DNA from: Corallochytrium limacisporum Hawaii
Taxonomy: Eukaryota; Protista; Pluriformea
Assembly: GCA_002811645.1 (NCBI GenBank)
Contig: PDIP01000043.1
Coordinates: forward strand, 18,437-82,436
Length of the DNA stretch: 64,000 bases
Direction: 5' to 3'
Shown here: positions 9,880 through 20,985 of the stretch, in pieces
Position numbering within the stretch: the stretch's first letter is position 1
Layout of the letters: every line of letters begins with the position of its first letter
The notes under the pieces: model-generated
Seen by the model: only the letters and a program-made list of their open reading frames with translations
Told to the model about the DNA's origin: nothing
The model's database searches: none
Position numbers and translations under genes: made by a program

Positions 9880-10833
9880 TTAGGATGTGTCCTCCACGAC
9901 GATTGTGCCTTTTTCTATGTAGAGCCATGTCGGTTGGGTTTGGGTCTTATTGTTGCCATATTTCGAGTGAGCAATCTTGCCCGCACGGTACATAGCAATT
10001 GGAACGCATGCGATGGCTACGAAGGGCAGCACAATCACGCCACCAACGACCCTGCCACCAACCTTAGCTGCAACCTTGCCTCGGGCGACGGCACGTTGAG
10101 TCTTACCAACCTTTCCGGTCTTATATTGCAGCCCAGGACATCCCATGATGTTTCCGGGGTCAAAGTGGCCCTCCGGCGGAATAATCTCCCTGCAGATCCA
10201 GCAGAATTCCGTAGCACAGAGCATGCAGACCATGTGGTTGCATGACCCATCTTCCAGCTTGTGAATTACGACATTACAATTAGGGCATGTGCGCGTACGA
10301 TTCTTGTGCCGCCAACGGCGAAATACACGGTACTCCTTGTCAGAAGCCATCTCTTTCGCTGCCTTCTTCTGGTATTGCGTGCACGACAGTCCGTCATGGT
10401 CAGCCTGGCAACTGAAGCAGAACTCTAGCTCGCAGATCTTGCACACTACCTCGTCTTCATCTTTACTGTTGCGCACGACTGCTGCATTGCATCCGGGACG
10501 AGGGCACCAGGCCATATCCGCGTTACGAGCAACCTCTTGTATCCTAACCTGCTTGCAGAAGATCTTGTACGCATGCGTGGTTGTGAGCGACTCAATCTCT
10601 TGCAGCTCCAATTTCCTATCACAGCCCGGACACGATATGCTGCCCGTCGTACCATTCATGATCTTAGTTTCAATGTGTGTTTTCACACACGTCAGACATG
10701 AGAAACAATTACAGTACCTGTTGACCCATAGTTCCTCATCAGCGATCGTCTGCATGCAGCAGAGGCATTCTCTCTCGAGAAATCTAGGTGCCGACCCAAA
10801 GAGGTTCAGTGTATAGAATGTTTCAGCCGTCAT
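9880..10833 (-). CDS. RBR-type E3 ubiquitin ligase (RING1-IBR-RING2), RNF19/RNF144/RNF217-like
   Basis: RING1 (CLCC...C.C..C..C...CPGC), IBR (WCPRPGC...C..C...FCFSC...H...SC), RING2 (CPNC...GSCNHMVC..C..EFCWIC), then a hydrophobic segment near the C-terminus. Confidence 0.9.
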   Translation of the reverse strand: MTAETFYTLNLFGSAPRFLERECLCCMQTIADEELWVNRYCNCFSCLTCVKTHIETKIMNGTTGSISCPGCDRKLELQEIESLTTTHAYKIFCKQVRIQEVARNADMAWCPRPGCNAAVVRNSKDEDEVVCKICELEFCFSCQADHDGLSCTQYQKKAAKEMASDKEYRVFRRWRHKNRTRTCPNCNVVIHKLEDGSCNHMVCMLCATEFCWICREIIPPEGHFDPGNIMGCPGLQYKTGKVGKTQRAVARGKVAAKVGGRVVGGVIVLPFVAIACVPIAMYRAGKIAHSKYGNNKTQTQPTWLYIEKGTIVVEDTS

Positions 10834-13317
10834 GGCTGGTCACTATTCGTAACTGACCTGTGAGGCTCTTCTCTCTTCTCTCCGCTAGTACACCAAAACG
10901 CTCTGGACCCGAATGTCTTTGCCCAATGGTCCGCCTATTCGCGTATGGCTCAATGTATTCGTCAAAGGGGGAGAAGAGTAATAGAATCATCTGATCCTAC
11001 GTCGTCATCATCAGCCTACCATCCGTCAAGGACCTTTACCATAGACCAAAGCACATGCCACTAGGTCCGTATGCATGCGCAAGCAGCACCCCGTGGTGAC
11101 CACAGTCGAGCGATCCAAAATGCATCCACCGCAGTTTTGCTTGAGAGATGGCCTCCACACTCTGCGATCTGTGGCACCTGCCAGATTTGTGAGCAGGTCT
11201 GCCTGTTGGGCCGCGGTCAGACATCTCTCGGAGCTGGGGCAGGTGCCTTCCCCTGCCTCCTTCCGTTCGCGTCGGGTGTAGTTTAGTCACCCTCGCTCTA
11301 TACGCGTTCGCAGAAACCGTCGAGCGATCTGGAATTCTAGGCTGTCGTTTGTCTCTTTCTCCTGGTCCCGAGGGAAGCCACCTCTCACCCCTTTCTCGAG
11401 GAGGAGCGAGGAGGAAGAAGGGGAAGGGGGAGAGGGGGGGGGGAGAAACACCTCATCGTCGGCAGCTCGAGTCAAACCCCCTGTTTTTTTTTCCTATTAA
11501 AAGTATAAGAACATTGAAAATACAACGAGTCAGCAAGATTTTTTCGTTGGCGGCGGTTCAAAACTGCGGGGCAGCCAGGTTGCGGAAGTTTGCAGTAGTT
11601 TATAGATGGTGACGACCGTTCGCAACCCGCCAGCGCCTAGGGCCTAAATGTCACGTCGGGACTCAACCACAAATGGCTCTTGCTATTTTTACGGAACGGT
11701 GGGTTATGTAATAATCGCGACCGAGAGAGAGTGAGAGAGAGACGGATGTTTATTTTGGTTCCCCCCCCCTTTCCGTCCTCCTTTGCGGCGGGGCCTGAAG
11801 AGGTCCCAGTCCCAGTCTCAGGGGGGGCCGTTGGCAAAAAAATATTTCTGTGAGACCCGCATACCAGAGCCAAATTAGGTGACATAGGTTCAGTAGCAAA
11901 TCTCCCAAACACAGTTGAGCGATCGAAGTCCCCGTTTCCCCTCCCCCAGGGGGGGGCAGGACAGAGGAAAACACCCCCCTCCCCCGGGGGGGGGGGGTTG
12001 GCAGCCAGTAGATTAAGGCAGCGTATAAGGAGCGCGGCTTCCCCGCTTTCTCCCTCCTGCCCCTTGCTAACCACAGCGTAACCAGCTCCGGCATACCCCA
12101 GCTGATGTGATCGACTCACGGTCGGCCGTTTAGGTCAAGCAGCGGAACATTCAAACCAAAAAGAAAAAAAGGGGACAATCATACCTCCGCCACTGGCGCA
12201 CACCGTGCCAAAAAATATAAACCTCCGGGTCCTGGTTTTCCGTCGACATGGACGCGGAAGAGATGGAATCGGGCCCTCCGTGGTGCACATCCTCGGCACA
12301 TTACGGGGCGACCGGGAGAAGTCGCCGGAAACTCGAGTACATTTAGTACTTTAGGACGGCCCGTTGAAATCTATCAGAGTATCGGAGGCTTCCGGATGGG
12401 GAGAGAGACCTGCTCCCAAATTCCCCACCTCTCCCCCTCCGGACCACCTTCTTTTCCCGGCTGCACAGACCCGCCCATTGCGACATCAGCGATTAAAAAC
12501 CTTCATTCAATAACTAGCGAGGCCACTTCGCCGCTGCCAGCGGTGTGCGCAGCCGAGGAGTCTAGAGTGACTAAGACTGCCAACGGGCGACGCCGAGCGA
12601 CAGCCGACTTTTCATGAGATCGAAGTCCCGCCCGGGGACGCCTCATTTACGCACAATCACTCGGTCACTTCCAAGCAGCAGCGTCCACCGTAACACGGCA
12701 GCCAGAGCAATGCACGGCAACTGTGGGCCTGAGGGGAGGACGTGTGTGTGAGTGTGTGTGTATTCTTTTTTGCTTTCGTTGGTGCACGCTGTGCCGCCCA
12801 GTCCAGTTCAGTGCGTTGTGCTCCGTACCCTCCCCCTCCCCCCCTCTCTCTCCCTGGTTTTTCTCACTTCGCTTTTTCCTTCACTTCTCTGGCGCCGGGT
12901 TATATAAATAAACCAAAGGCTCGCGTGCCCGAGGGCCAGTGATCACCATCGGGCGAAATTCTGCCAAAATTAATGGCGAGATGACCACAACAGTGGAAAG
13001 CTTTGGTGTGTACACATACGCCCGCAGCAGCATTGAACGGCGACCGACACCCAGCCAGCCACGACGGCGCCGGCAGGAAGTCCTTTCAAAACCAAGCGGC
13101 GCTTACCTACCATCCCCCCTCCCCCCCCCCTCCAAGCGAGACTATCAAAAATAACAAACGCAAAGCACACGCACACACAGAGGCACACCGAGCGGGAGTG
13201 AGCGAGCGAGTGCAGCAACTGTGGCTTTTTTTTTAGTCTATTCTTCCAGTCCTTCTTTCCCGAACGTGGGCAAGCGAGACTTCGGCGGGGTAACGCAACA
13301 CGCAGGCACTGCACAAC

Positions 13318-13322
<5 letters not shown>

Positions 13323-13359
<37 letters not shown>
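13323..13359. repeat. (CA)n microsatellite
   Basis: Pure CA run of about 18 units. Confidence 0.95.
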
Positions 13360-13361
<2 letters not shown>

Positions 13362-14567
13362 GGAACCTGCGAGCGGGCGACAGATGCCCTGAACTGCAAG
13401 CACCCCGCGCACATGCACGCGCCCAAGCCAGACAAGAGGAGGGTAATAGAGTATAAACTCTACCAAAAGTCCCAAGCGCAGCTGAACGCACTCGGTTCCG
13501 TCTCCCCCATTTTTCTTTCTTTCCTTTATTTTTTTTCTTTTCTCGTCGTCATTGGATTTTTAGGCTAGGGCCATAGTTGCAGTTGTTTGTTGCGTTGGAG
13601 CAAGCGCTACCAGGCCCAGAAAATAGAAAAATGAAACCAAAAAGAAAAAGAAAAAAAGAAAGAGCAGGTCGGTGAACCTCCTCCCTCCTCTCCACCGACC
13701 ATTGGCTCTTCCGCGGGAGAAAGGGGGAGGGGGAGAGGGGGAAAGAACAAGGAGACAAGGGCTCTCCATTACTCCTCCTACATTAGCTGTAGGAAATGCA
13801 GTGAGCCGGGGCCGGCGCTGTCCTACCTAGCACTGACCCAACTCGCGTCCCTCTCTCTCGCTCTCTCTCGCTCCCTCTCCCTCTCTCTGTGCTGGAGCGA
13901 CGACACGGGGAGAGAGGAGGGAGAGAGAGAGAAGTTCAAAAAAGAGACAGCGAAGGGGAAATTAGCTATTGCAAAGACGTCGGTCACAACCGTGTGTGTG
14001 CGTTGCGTGTTTGTTCTCTTAACGATTTCGATGATATGAACATGTCTCAGCAACAAAACGGAACAATAGGAAACATTAAAGTGTGGAAGCCGACCGGCCC
14101 ATAGGAACGAATTGAAGGCGGAGGGAAGGGAGGGGGGGGAATGATTTGGAAGACCCACCCAAGCTCTGTCTGTCTGCGGCGCCCGTGTGCTGATGAGATG
14201 CCAAAAGTTGTTGTTGTTGGAGGTGGGGGGAAAAGGGGAGGGAGAGGAGGTTTCAGTTGGTGTTCCGGGCTAAATTTATTGATCCGTTTTGGTATATTAT
14301 TTAAATAATTTGCTTTTTCCGGAGATGTGGCGCGAAACGGGCACACGGGCCCGCCCGGTGGAGGGTACCGTTTCGGTTGGCAGCAGGGAGCGCACCAGCA
14401 GCATGGGACTCGAGCTATTTTGCCATGGGTTTATAGGAACCAACCCGTAGCTATTTCAATTTAAGGTGTATACTGTCCATAGCAAACTTTCTGAAGCAGT
14501 GGTTCGGAAGTCAACAGCGTGAGACAAAGGTTTAAAGAATTGAACAGGGCATGCAAGACACACCAAT

Positions 14568-15674
14568 ATGCCGGGTAGTGCGAGCACGATCCACCAAGCG
14601 CTGGAAAACCCTTTGAGAGTACAGTACAGTAATAGCTATGACGAGGAGCAATGTCATTTAATTGATCTGCCTCAAGAAGTCATTACAGAGCTGCAGGACG
14701 GCGGTGTGGTGAGGTTGAAGGCAGATCCAAAAGGTGTGCTGAGCATGACCACAGAGTCAAACACATACGAGCTCAAGTTCTTGGACTCGTCCAACCTGCG
14801 ATTGCTGACCACAATAAAAGAATCACAAAACCTGGGGACTGCGATGTCTGCACTATCTTCAGACGTTGCTGTGCGGAAAGTAGAACCGGACTTGTCGTGT
14901 TTAAGCAGATATTGCAACGTGCTGCGTGAGAATTGCATGGATAGCAATGACACAAACAGTGGGCAGACCATCCAGGAAGTCTTCCAGGAGATTCCAGCTA
15001 GCGAACTCGAAATCCGCACAGCTATGAAGCGGATACAGGCTTTTGAATGGCAAGGAAAACTTTTTGTCTTTGAGAGCAAATTCAAGAACTCCATGCTCAA
15101 TATCATCCTGGATGCAGTCGATGCTGGTCATTGGACACTGGAAAGGATCGATGTGGAACACGTGCTAAAATTCCTACAGAAAACCGGGTTCTCTGTTGAT
15201 CTGGTCATCGTGCGTGAATTGCTGGGACTAGTGGGGACGCAATCGCTTGATGAAGTTGGTGTATACAACATCAGTGCCCGTTTTGCTGCAATCTTCCGCG
15301 CGGAAGAGATTCTACTGACACAACACGAGAAGCAACCGCTTGGTATGATATACGAGCACTTTATGGAGGCCTGGGAAGCCTCTTGCAATGACTGCGTCGA
15401 TCCGGATCCGGAGCTGCTCGCTGATCTAGCCGTGATATACACAACTGCGGGACACCAAAAGGTCATCAAGTACCTCCCTGCCAGCAGGCTGCCCACTGAT
15501 CCCAAAGCACGCATGGATGCCCTATTCAGTGAAGTTCAGAAGTGGCCTGCCACAGAGTTTGAGAAGTTTATGATCAAACTCTTCGGATCCAAAGAAGAGT
15601 TGGAGGACTTTATTGTGCACAATATTAAGTGCACTGTTGTGGGGAATCACGGTGAGAAAATCTATGTGAACTGA
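14568..15674 (+). CDS. DSCC1: Sister chromatid cohesion protein DCC1
   Basis: LI.LP, T...TYELK...SN..LL, IPASE.EI, F.E.WE and LP.DPK.R...LF....KW motifs; 368 aa. Confidence 0.85.
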   Translation: MPGSASTIHQALENPLRVQYSNSYDEEQCHLIDLPQEVITELQDGGVVRLKADPKGVLSMTTESNTYELKFLDSSNLRLLTTIKESQNLGTAMSALSSDVAVRKVEPDLSCLSRYCNVLRENCMDSNDTNSGQTIQEVFQEIPASELEIRTAMKRIQAFEWQGKLFVFESKFKNSMLNIILDAVDAGHWTLERIDVEHVLKFLQKTGFSVDLVIVRELLGLVGTQSLDEVGVYNISARFAAIFRAEEILLTQHEKQPLGMIYEHFMEAWEASCNDCVDPDPELLADLAVIYTTAGHQKVIKYLPASRLPTDPKARMDALFSEVQKWPATEFEKFMIKLFGSKEELEDFIVHNIKCTVVGNHGEKIYVN

Positions 15675-15749
15675 GTAAGTATGTCCTGTACTCTATCCAT
15701 TGTTATTGACCACTAACCACGTCCGTCCTGGATTGCGAATCCACTGTAG
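15675..15749 (+). other. Putative spliceosomal intron in the DCC1 3' UTR
   Basis: GTAAGT immediately after the TGA stop, CACTAAC at 15711-15717, and the first downstream AG (TAG) ends at 15749. Confidence 0.6.
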
Positions 15750-15848
15750 GATACGGCGCCAAATACTGGTCATAGATTTCTTCTTTAAAATTGTTTCTGG
15801 TTTGCGAAGACACCCAATACTAACCTAATTTTCACTGTTGTCATTAAT

Positions 15849-17474
15849 CTATGCAGGCTTCATGGTCAGATCCATCACGGGGAACTCCCGGCTTGTGTGC
15901 TCCTCTAAGTGTGTTTGAGAGCGATCGTTGTGATCCCTATAAACATGAGCGATATTAAAGTGATCGTCCTGTCTTTCAATTCTCAACAGCGAAGATGCAT
16001 GAAAGCCAGAACTCGGCAGTGCGCTAATGTGTGTGATGGCTACAGGTGCCGGCACGCCATTCCAAAATTCGGTGTTCATGTAGCAGCAGCCATTGCGTTC
16101 AATCAGACAACTCAGTACCGGTCCGACGGCATTGTTGTGCTGGTGACCACGAACAACACCACTGGATCCATTGCGACGATGCATCCAATCGACGAGCTCT
16201 TTGCCATGCCCAGTCCCGCGCGCGGTCACCTCCTTAATGGCAATGTCCGGGTCAGTGACAAAGTCGTCCCAACTGTAACCAATGGTCACAGGAGACGTCA
16301 TCGATTGTGGACGGAATTCGCCGGCGAGGTTGCGGGCCAGACTATTGTTGGACTTTATAACCCGATCCAACTGCTGCACAAGAGACTGGTAATTGGGTTC
16401 CTTCGTATCAAGGACATCAACTGTGAAACCGAGGCGATCATACGTTTGGATCTCTCCAAAGCATTGTTTCAAAGGGTGCTCCAAGATGTCTCGGGTGTTG
16501 AATCCTAGCTCGCCGACGCCGTGGCTGAATTGCAAGAACGCGGCCGTATCTCTCCTCCCACCAGCGGGCCACCCAAGGTACAGACCCACTGGCAAGAAGT
16601 CAAAGGTGTCCACAAACATGTGAAACAGACGCTCCACCTCGTGTCGGGACCTGAACTTCGCTTTCAGCTCATCTAGCAGACCCCAGTTAATGTTCATCGG
16701 CGCATCCTCATGATTACCCCGAGTCATAAATACCTGTGTGGGGTTAATCAACTGCAATAATAGAGCGGTGTATAGCACCTCGGATCCGTTCGCGCCACGA
16801 TCAAGAATGTCGCCGAGGAATACCAGGGCGACATCGTTCCGTACGTACCACTGGTCATCAATGACACCTTGCTTGAGGAGGTACGTCAGTGTATCGCTCA
16901 TGACCTGCATATCACCGTGGAGATCTCCCCAGACGTAGACTGTGGTGCCAGGTTTAAGCACTGCCTTTTGGACGTGAGGGCGGAAGTCTCGTCCTCCTGG
17001 AGACAAATCTGGGTTGGCATACTGACCTAGGCTCTCTGACTTCACATCGCCACACCATCGACTCCTATCGCCCTGCAGAGCTGATTTGTGGTACTTGAAT
17101 CCCAGCAGTAAAGTTTCCAGTAATTCCGAATTTTCCAGATCGAAGTATCCATTTTCCTGGTGCGTGCGTAGGGTACCGATCCACGTTGGAAGGTTCTGTT
17201 TACCACCATACCGATCATTGGTCTCGTGCATGACAAAATCGTCTCCGTAAACATCTTGCGTTGCAGCCGAGTGGCTCCCCACATTTTCTGCGTGTCGATC
17301 AACTGCCACATTCTGCGCTGAGCTTGAATACATGTACAAACCCAACAAGAAAATAGTAAAGATGCTTAAATTTCGCAACATATTGACCTGACTACGCTGC
17401 GGCTGTTGCGGTTCCTCATCTCCTCCTCCAGTTGGACTTCGTCTAGATGGGCGAAGGCCCGTCGGTACTGGCAT
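15849..17474 (-). CDS. PPP-like metallophosphoesterase with an N-terminal signal anchor
   Basis: GDLHG, GDILDRG, RGNHE, SHG and RGHQ motifs in order. Hydrophobic LSIFTIFLLGLYMY follows basic residues near the N-terminus. Confidence 0.85.
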   Translation of the reverse strand: MPVPTGLRPSRRSPTGGGDEEPQQPQRSQVNMLRNLSIFTIFLLGLYMYSSSAQNVAVDRHAENVGSHSAATQDVYGDDFVMHETNDRYGGKQNLPTWIGTLRTHQENGYFDLENSELLETLLLGFKYHKSALQGDRSRWCGDVKSESLGQYANPDLSPGGRDFRPHVQKAVLKPGTTVYVWGDLHGDMQVMSDTLTYLLKQGVIDDQWYVRNDVALVFLGDILDRGANGSEVLYTALLLQLINPTQVFMTRGNHEDAPMNINWGLLDELKAKFRSRHEVERLFHMFVDTFDFLPVGLYLGWPAGGRRDTAAFLQFSHGVGELGFNTRDILEHPLKQCFGEIQTYDRLGFTVDVLDTKEPNYQSLVQQLDRVIKSNNSLARNLAGEFRPQSMTSPVTIGYSWDDFVTDPDIAIKEVTARGTGHGKELVDWMHRRNGSSGVVRGHQHNNAVGPVLSCLIERNGCCYMNTEFWNGVPAPVAITHISALPSSGFHASSLLRIERQDDHFNIAHVYRDHNDRSQTHLEEHTSREFPVMDLTMKPA

Positions 17475-17814
17475 ATCAAAACATTACGTGTCCCTGTGTC
17501 GCATAGGTAGATTTCGCAGAATTTCTGATACCATGTTTCATAACTATGCTCCTGAACCCGGCCCTAAGTACGTGATAAGTGTGACATGTCGTTTGAGACC
17601 GCTCTCCCGACTGACCACCATCCCGACCGTGTGGTGTGGAAAGGGGGGCGAAGGGGAGGGAAAGCTCCAGTTCAAACGAAAGCGCTTGGCGCGCAGCACC
17701 GCAGGCACAATGTTGCTGTCGCCAATTTGAACGCGCGGGTTTCTTTTTTCACTTGGATACTCGCTTTTATTTAATTCCAAACAGCGATTATGTTTGGTTT
17801 GGCACGGAAAAGAA

Positions 17815-18747
17815 TTAGAGGAAGTAGTCAGGAGCCCGGCGGGTAACATGGGGCTCGCCACGGCGAGGAGCTGGATCAAACTGCAAGAACGTGTAGCTCA
17901 GCTTGTCGTCCAGTTCCATAATAGCAGCCTGATTACCGCAGCGGTAGCAGTAGTTAGGTGCACTAAAGATGGTGACGACGTTGCGCTCATGGCTCCAGTT
18001 GTAACCTTCCATGACCAGTTGATGGGCACGCGCCACCAAGGTCAAACCGTTATTGTGATTAAACGCTTCCGAAATGTCCTGTCCGAAGGTGTAGCCAGCA
18101 CCGCGAGGGCTAATACCCCAACCGCATCGATCGTCGGGATCAGACCACAACAGATCACACATGGGTCCTTCGTGAGGCACTTCCTGCAGACGGTCTAGTG
18201 ACCGAATGTGATCCAAAGTATCAATGGACGGGCTGAGACCGCCATGGAGGCAGAAGATCTGGTTTTCCACCAGAGCAGTCAGAGGCAAACAGTCAAAGAG
18301 CTCTGTGAAATATTTCCAGACATTGGCGTTTCCATACTTCCGCAGGCATTCATCATAGAAACCGTAGACCTGGGTAATTTGGCGAGATTCGTGGTTACCG
18401 CGGAGAATAGTAATGCGGTCGCGGTATCTGACCTTCAGGGCAACTAAGAGGGTAACAGTCTCAACAGAGTAGTAACCACGATCCACATAGTCTCCCATGA
18501 ACAGGTAGTTGGTGTCAGGGAGCTTGCCTCCAATTCTGAACAGTTCCATGAGATCGTGGAACTGTCCATGGACGTCTCCACATACTGTGACAGGGCAGCG
18601 AACGGCTTGCACATTCTGCTCATTCTCAAAGATTTCCCGTGCTTTGGTGCAGAGGGACTTGACGTCTTTTTCGCTGAGCTGTCCGCACTCATAAAGCTGG
18701 GCAATCCAGCCGTCTACATCGCTATGCTGCTTTGTGATCTCTGACAT
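17815..18747 (-). CDS. PPP2CA: Serine/threonine protein phosphatase 2A catalytic subunit
   Basis: GDVHGQ, GDYVDRG, RGNHE and [11 protein letters not shown] motifs; C-terminal PDYFL. Confidence 0.97.
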   Translation of the reverse strand: MSEITKQHSDVDGWIAQLYECGQLSEKDVKSLCTKAREIFENEQNVQAVRCPVTVCGDVHGQFHDLMELFRIGGKLPDTNYLFMGDYVDRGYYSVETVTLLVALKVRYRDRITILRGNHESRQITQVYGFYDECLRKYGNANVWKYFTELFDCLPLTALVENQIFCLHGGLSPSIDTLDHIRSLDRLQEVPHEGPMCDLLWSDPDDRCGWGISPRGAGYTFGQDISEAFNHNNGLTLVARAHQLVMEGYNWSHERNVVTIFSAPNYCYRCGNQAAIMELDDKLSYTFLQFDPAPRRGEPHVTRRAPDYFL

Positions 18748-20028
18748 TGTGTTTGAATTAAAGTGTCGATTCTATGTTCTTTGGCTCCGTATGATACAAT
18801 ATATAAAAGAAATGTCACCGCCAAGAAGATGTTTACCCACAATGTTCCCGTGTGGGTAATTCTAAATAATGAAGTAAAAACAAACTTGTGATATTCTTGA
18901 ATCCCCTTGATGCTGACCAATAACTATGAATGTATGGTCATATACACCCGGTACAGGAACTCAGTATCACAACCGGCTGCTATCGGGAGATGGAAAAATA
19001 CATTTTTGAAATAAGTTCACAGTGTCATGACACCCATATTTCTCAAAATGAAAAATTTGCAGGCAAGTGGAACCCTCGCACGAGATCCTCAACACAATCT
19101 CACACTCCGTATGGACTGAACTTAGGCGCCAGGTGTGCGACAGAACAAGAGAAAAATTCATACTCTTCACCACTCTGTGGGCATTGTGGCCTACAGGTCT
19201 CTCTCCACTGCCAGTTCCCGCGTATGGAACACAAAGTAACAACAGAAGAAGGTCTCTGGCAGCCCCCTCACCTCCCCAGAGGCAAGAGATTAATCACACA
19301 AAACAAGGAAAAAGGCGATTTCGTGGTGCAGCGGAGCGATCGGTTGGAAGCTGTGAAACAACCGCGATTGGGCGCGCCTAGGAAAAGAAATGGAAAAGGT
19401 CGACATGTGCCAAACCGGCGCTTCACGTCTCCTCCTGTGTGCACCCTTCTAGGTCTACTCTGTAGATCAGTGTTAAAAAACCAGTTGTAGGCAGTGACGC
19501 CCTCCTTTCGTTGCCGTCGTGTGTGGTGCGTGTGCGTGTGGTGGCTTCCTGTTGGGGCATTTTGCCATGCATGCAGCCCAAACATAAGCGATCCACGCAG
19601 AACAGGTCCCCCCCTCCCCCCCCAAAGGGGGGGAGGAGAATGAGCGCGATAGGACCATTTCCTTTTTTTGTTTTTCCTTCCAGATTCACCTTGGCTGCGC
19701 GCCCGGAGGTCCGTTCATTCCGCTGGGGCCACCAACCTATCTTTCTTTCGGTGGAATTTTGCAAAGGACGCCATACCTGGTGCTTATATTTTAAAGACGC
19801 CGGATATTTATATTCGGTATATCGAATTCGAAGCCCCGTTCGGACGGTCGTCCAGGAGGTGGGGGCGAAAAAGAGACTCCCCTCTTTCACTTCGGATGCC
19901 GGAGCGGGTTCGACCTGATGGGGAAAGGAGTATCGGTCAACTGGAACATTGGGTACTTCATCATACGGTTTCAGGTTCCCAACCTTCGCAAGATCTCCTA
20001 ATTCTTAACTCAAGGAGCCTTTTTGAGC

Positions 20029-20481
20029 ATGTTGATCTTCCAACACATAGATAACACTCTATGCTCGGGTATGATTTCAACATCAAGCGCACTCAGCAGG
20101 GGCTTTGGCTGCCAACCGGGATTCTCAGCTGCAGCAAATATCAATCCAATTTAGAGAGCAACTAAGCAGAATGAACGAGATCACCGACTCTCAAAGAGAC
20201 GAGCTGGAGAGTCTTCGGAGGGACAAGACCATCCCAAAGAAGGCAATAGACAACCCACTAGCGCACACGGTCGAGGTGCCCAAGGGGTCAGTTAGAAACA
20301 GAGGTGTATTTCCAGCGAAACATCAATCGTCAGCAGGTACATCATCGGAAGCATCGCCTCTCCAATGGATGATGGGAGTGCCCTCCAATTCTCACATTAC
20401 GTGGCTATGAAACGCCAAGTCCGTGAAACTGAAGCGGCGTATCGTAAGCTGATCAGTCTCGTAAAGGGTAACAAGGTTTAG
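20029..20481 (+). CDS. Possible small coiled-coil protein; tentative 3-exon model 20029-20068, 20097-20286, 20316-20481
   Basis: Two protein-like helical stretches in different frames can be joined by GT-AG segments of 28 and 29 nt into a 131-aa ORF. No recognisable family. Confidence 0.25.
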
Positions 20482-20536
20482 TTCTCGATATAGAGCAACT
20501 GTATCTATCGGATATTCTAACAATTCCTTATTGCCC

Positions 20537-20985
20537 TTACTTATCAGCCAGCGTAATGAAGATGCTGTGGCGCACCAGTCCATCCGGACATCGACTGATA
20601 TGGCCCTTTCCGGTCGTATCTTCCGCCAGAACAATGTCACCGGGCTTGAAGCGTCGGGTCTCGTTCGTACTAGAAACTGTTATATCTACGCAGCCTCCTG
20701 AAAGCATAATAACGTACTGCCGCGTAGGTGCATTATGCCAGTCAAAGTCATAAGAAGGCGGTGTTTCCCGGAAGATCACTTGCTTGACATCTGGTTCAGA
20801 TCGAAAAATCATTAAAGTACTACAAGTTAGTGTCACGTTTCAGGGTTAGGAATTATCATATGACAAGAATACTTACCCTGTCCTTCACTCAAGGAACCAA
20901 TTTCTCCCTTATTGTGCAAAGGGATTTCAATATCTTCAAAGGCAGAATCGCCTGTTTCGGTGGTGTATACACGCGTAACTTTCAT
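20537..20985 (-). CDS. Bacterial-type small cupin, two exons (20985-20877 and 20790-20537), 120 aa
   Basis: Spliced protein reads MKVTRVYTTETGDSAFEDIEIPL...GEIGSLSEGQ|DVKQVIFRETPPSYDFDWHNAPTRQYVIMLSGG...RRFKPGDIVLAEDTTGKGHISR. Both halves match the short bacterial cupin family. Confidence 0.9.
20791..20876 (-). other. 86-nt spliceosomal intron in the cupin gene
   Basis: G|GTAAGT donor at 20876, CACTAAC branch point (A at 20827), CAG acceptor at 20791. Removal restores the reading frame. Confidence 0.9.
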
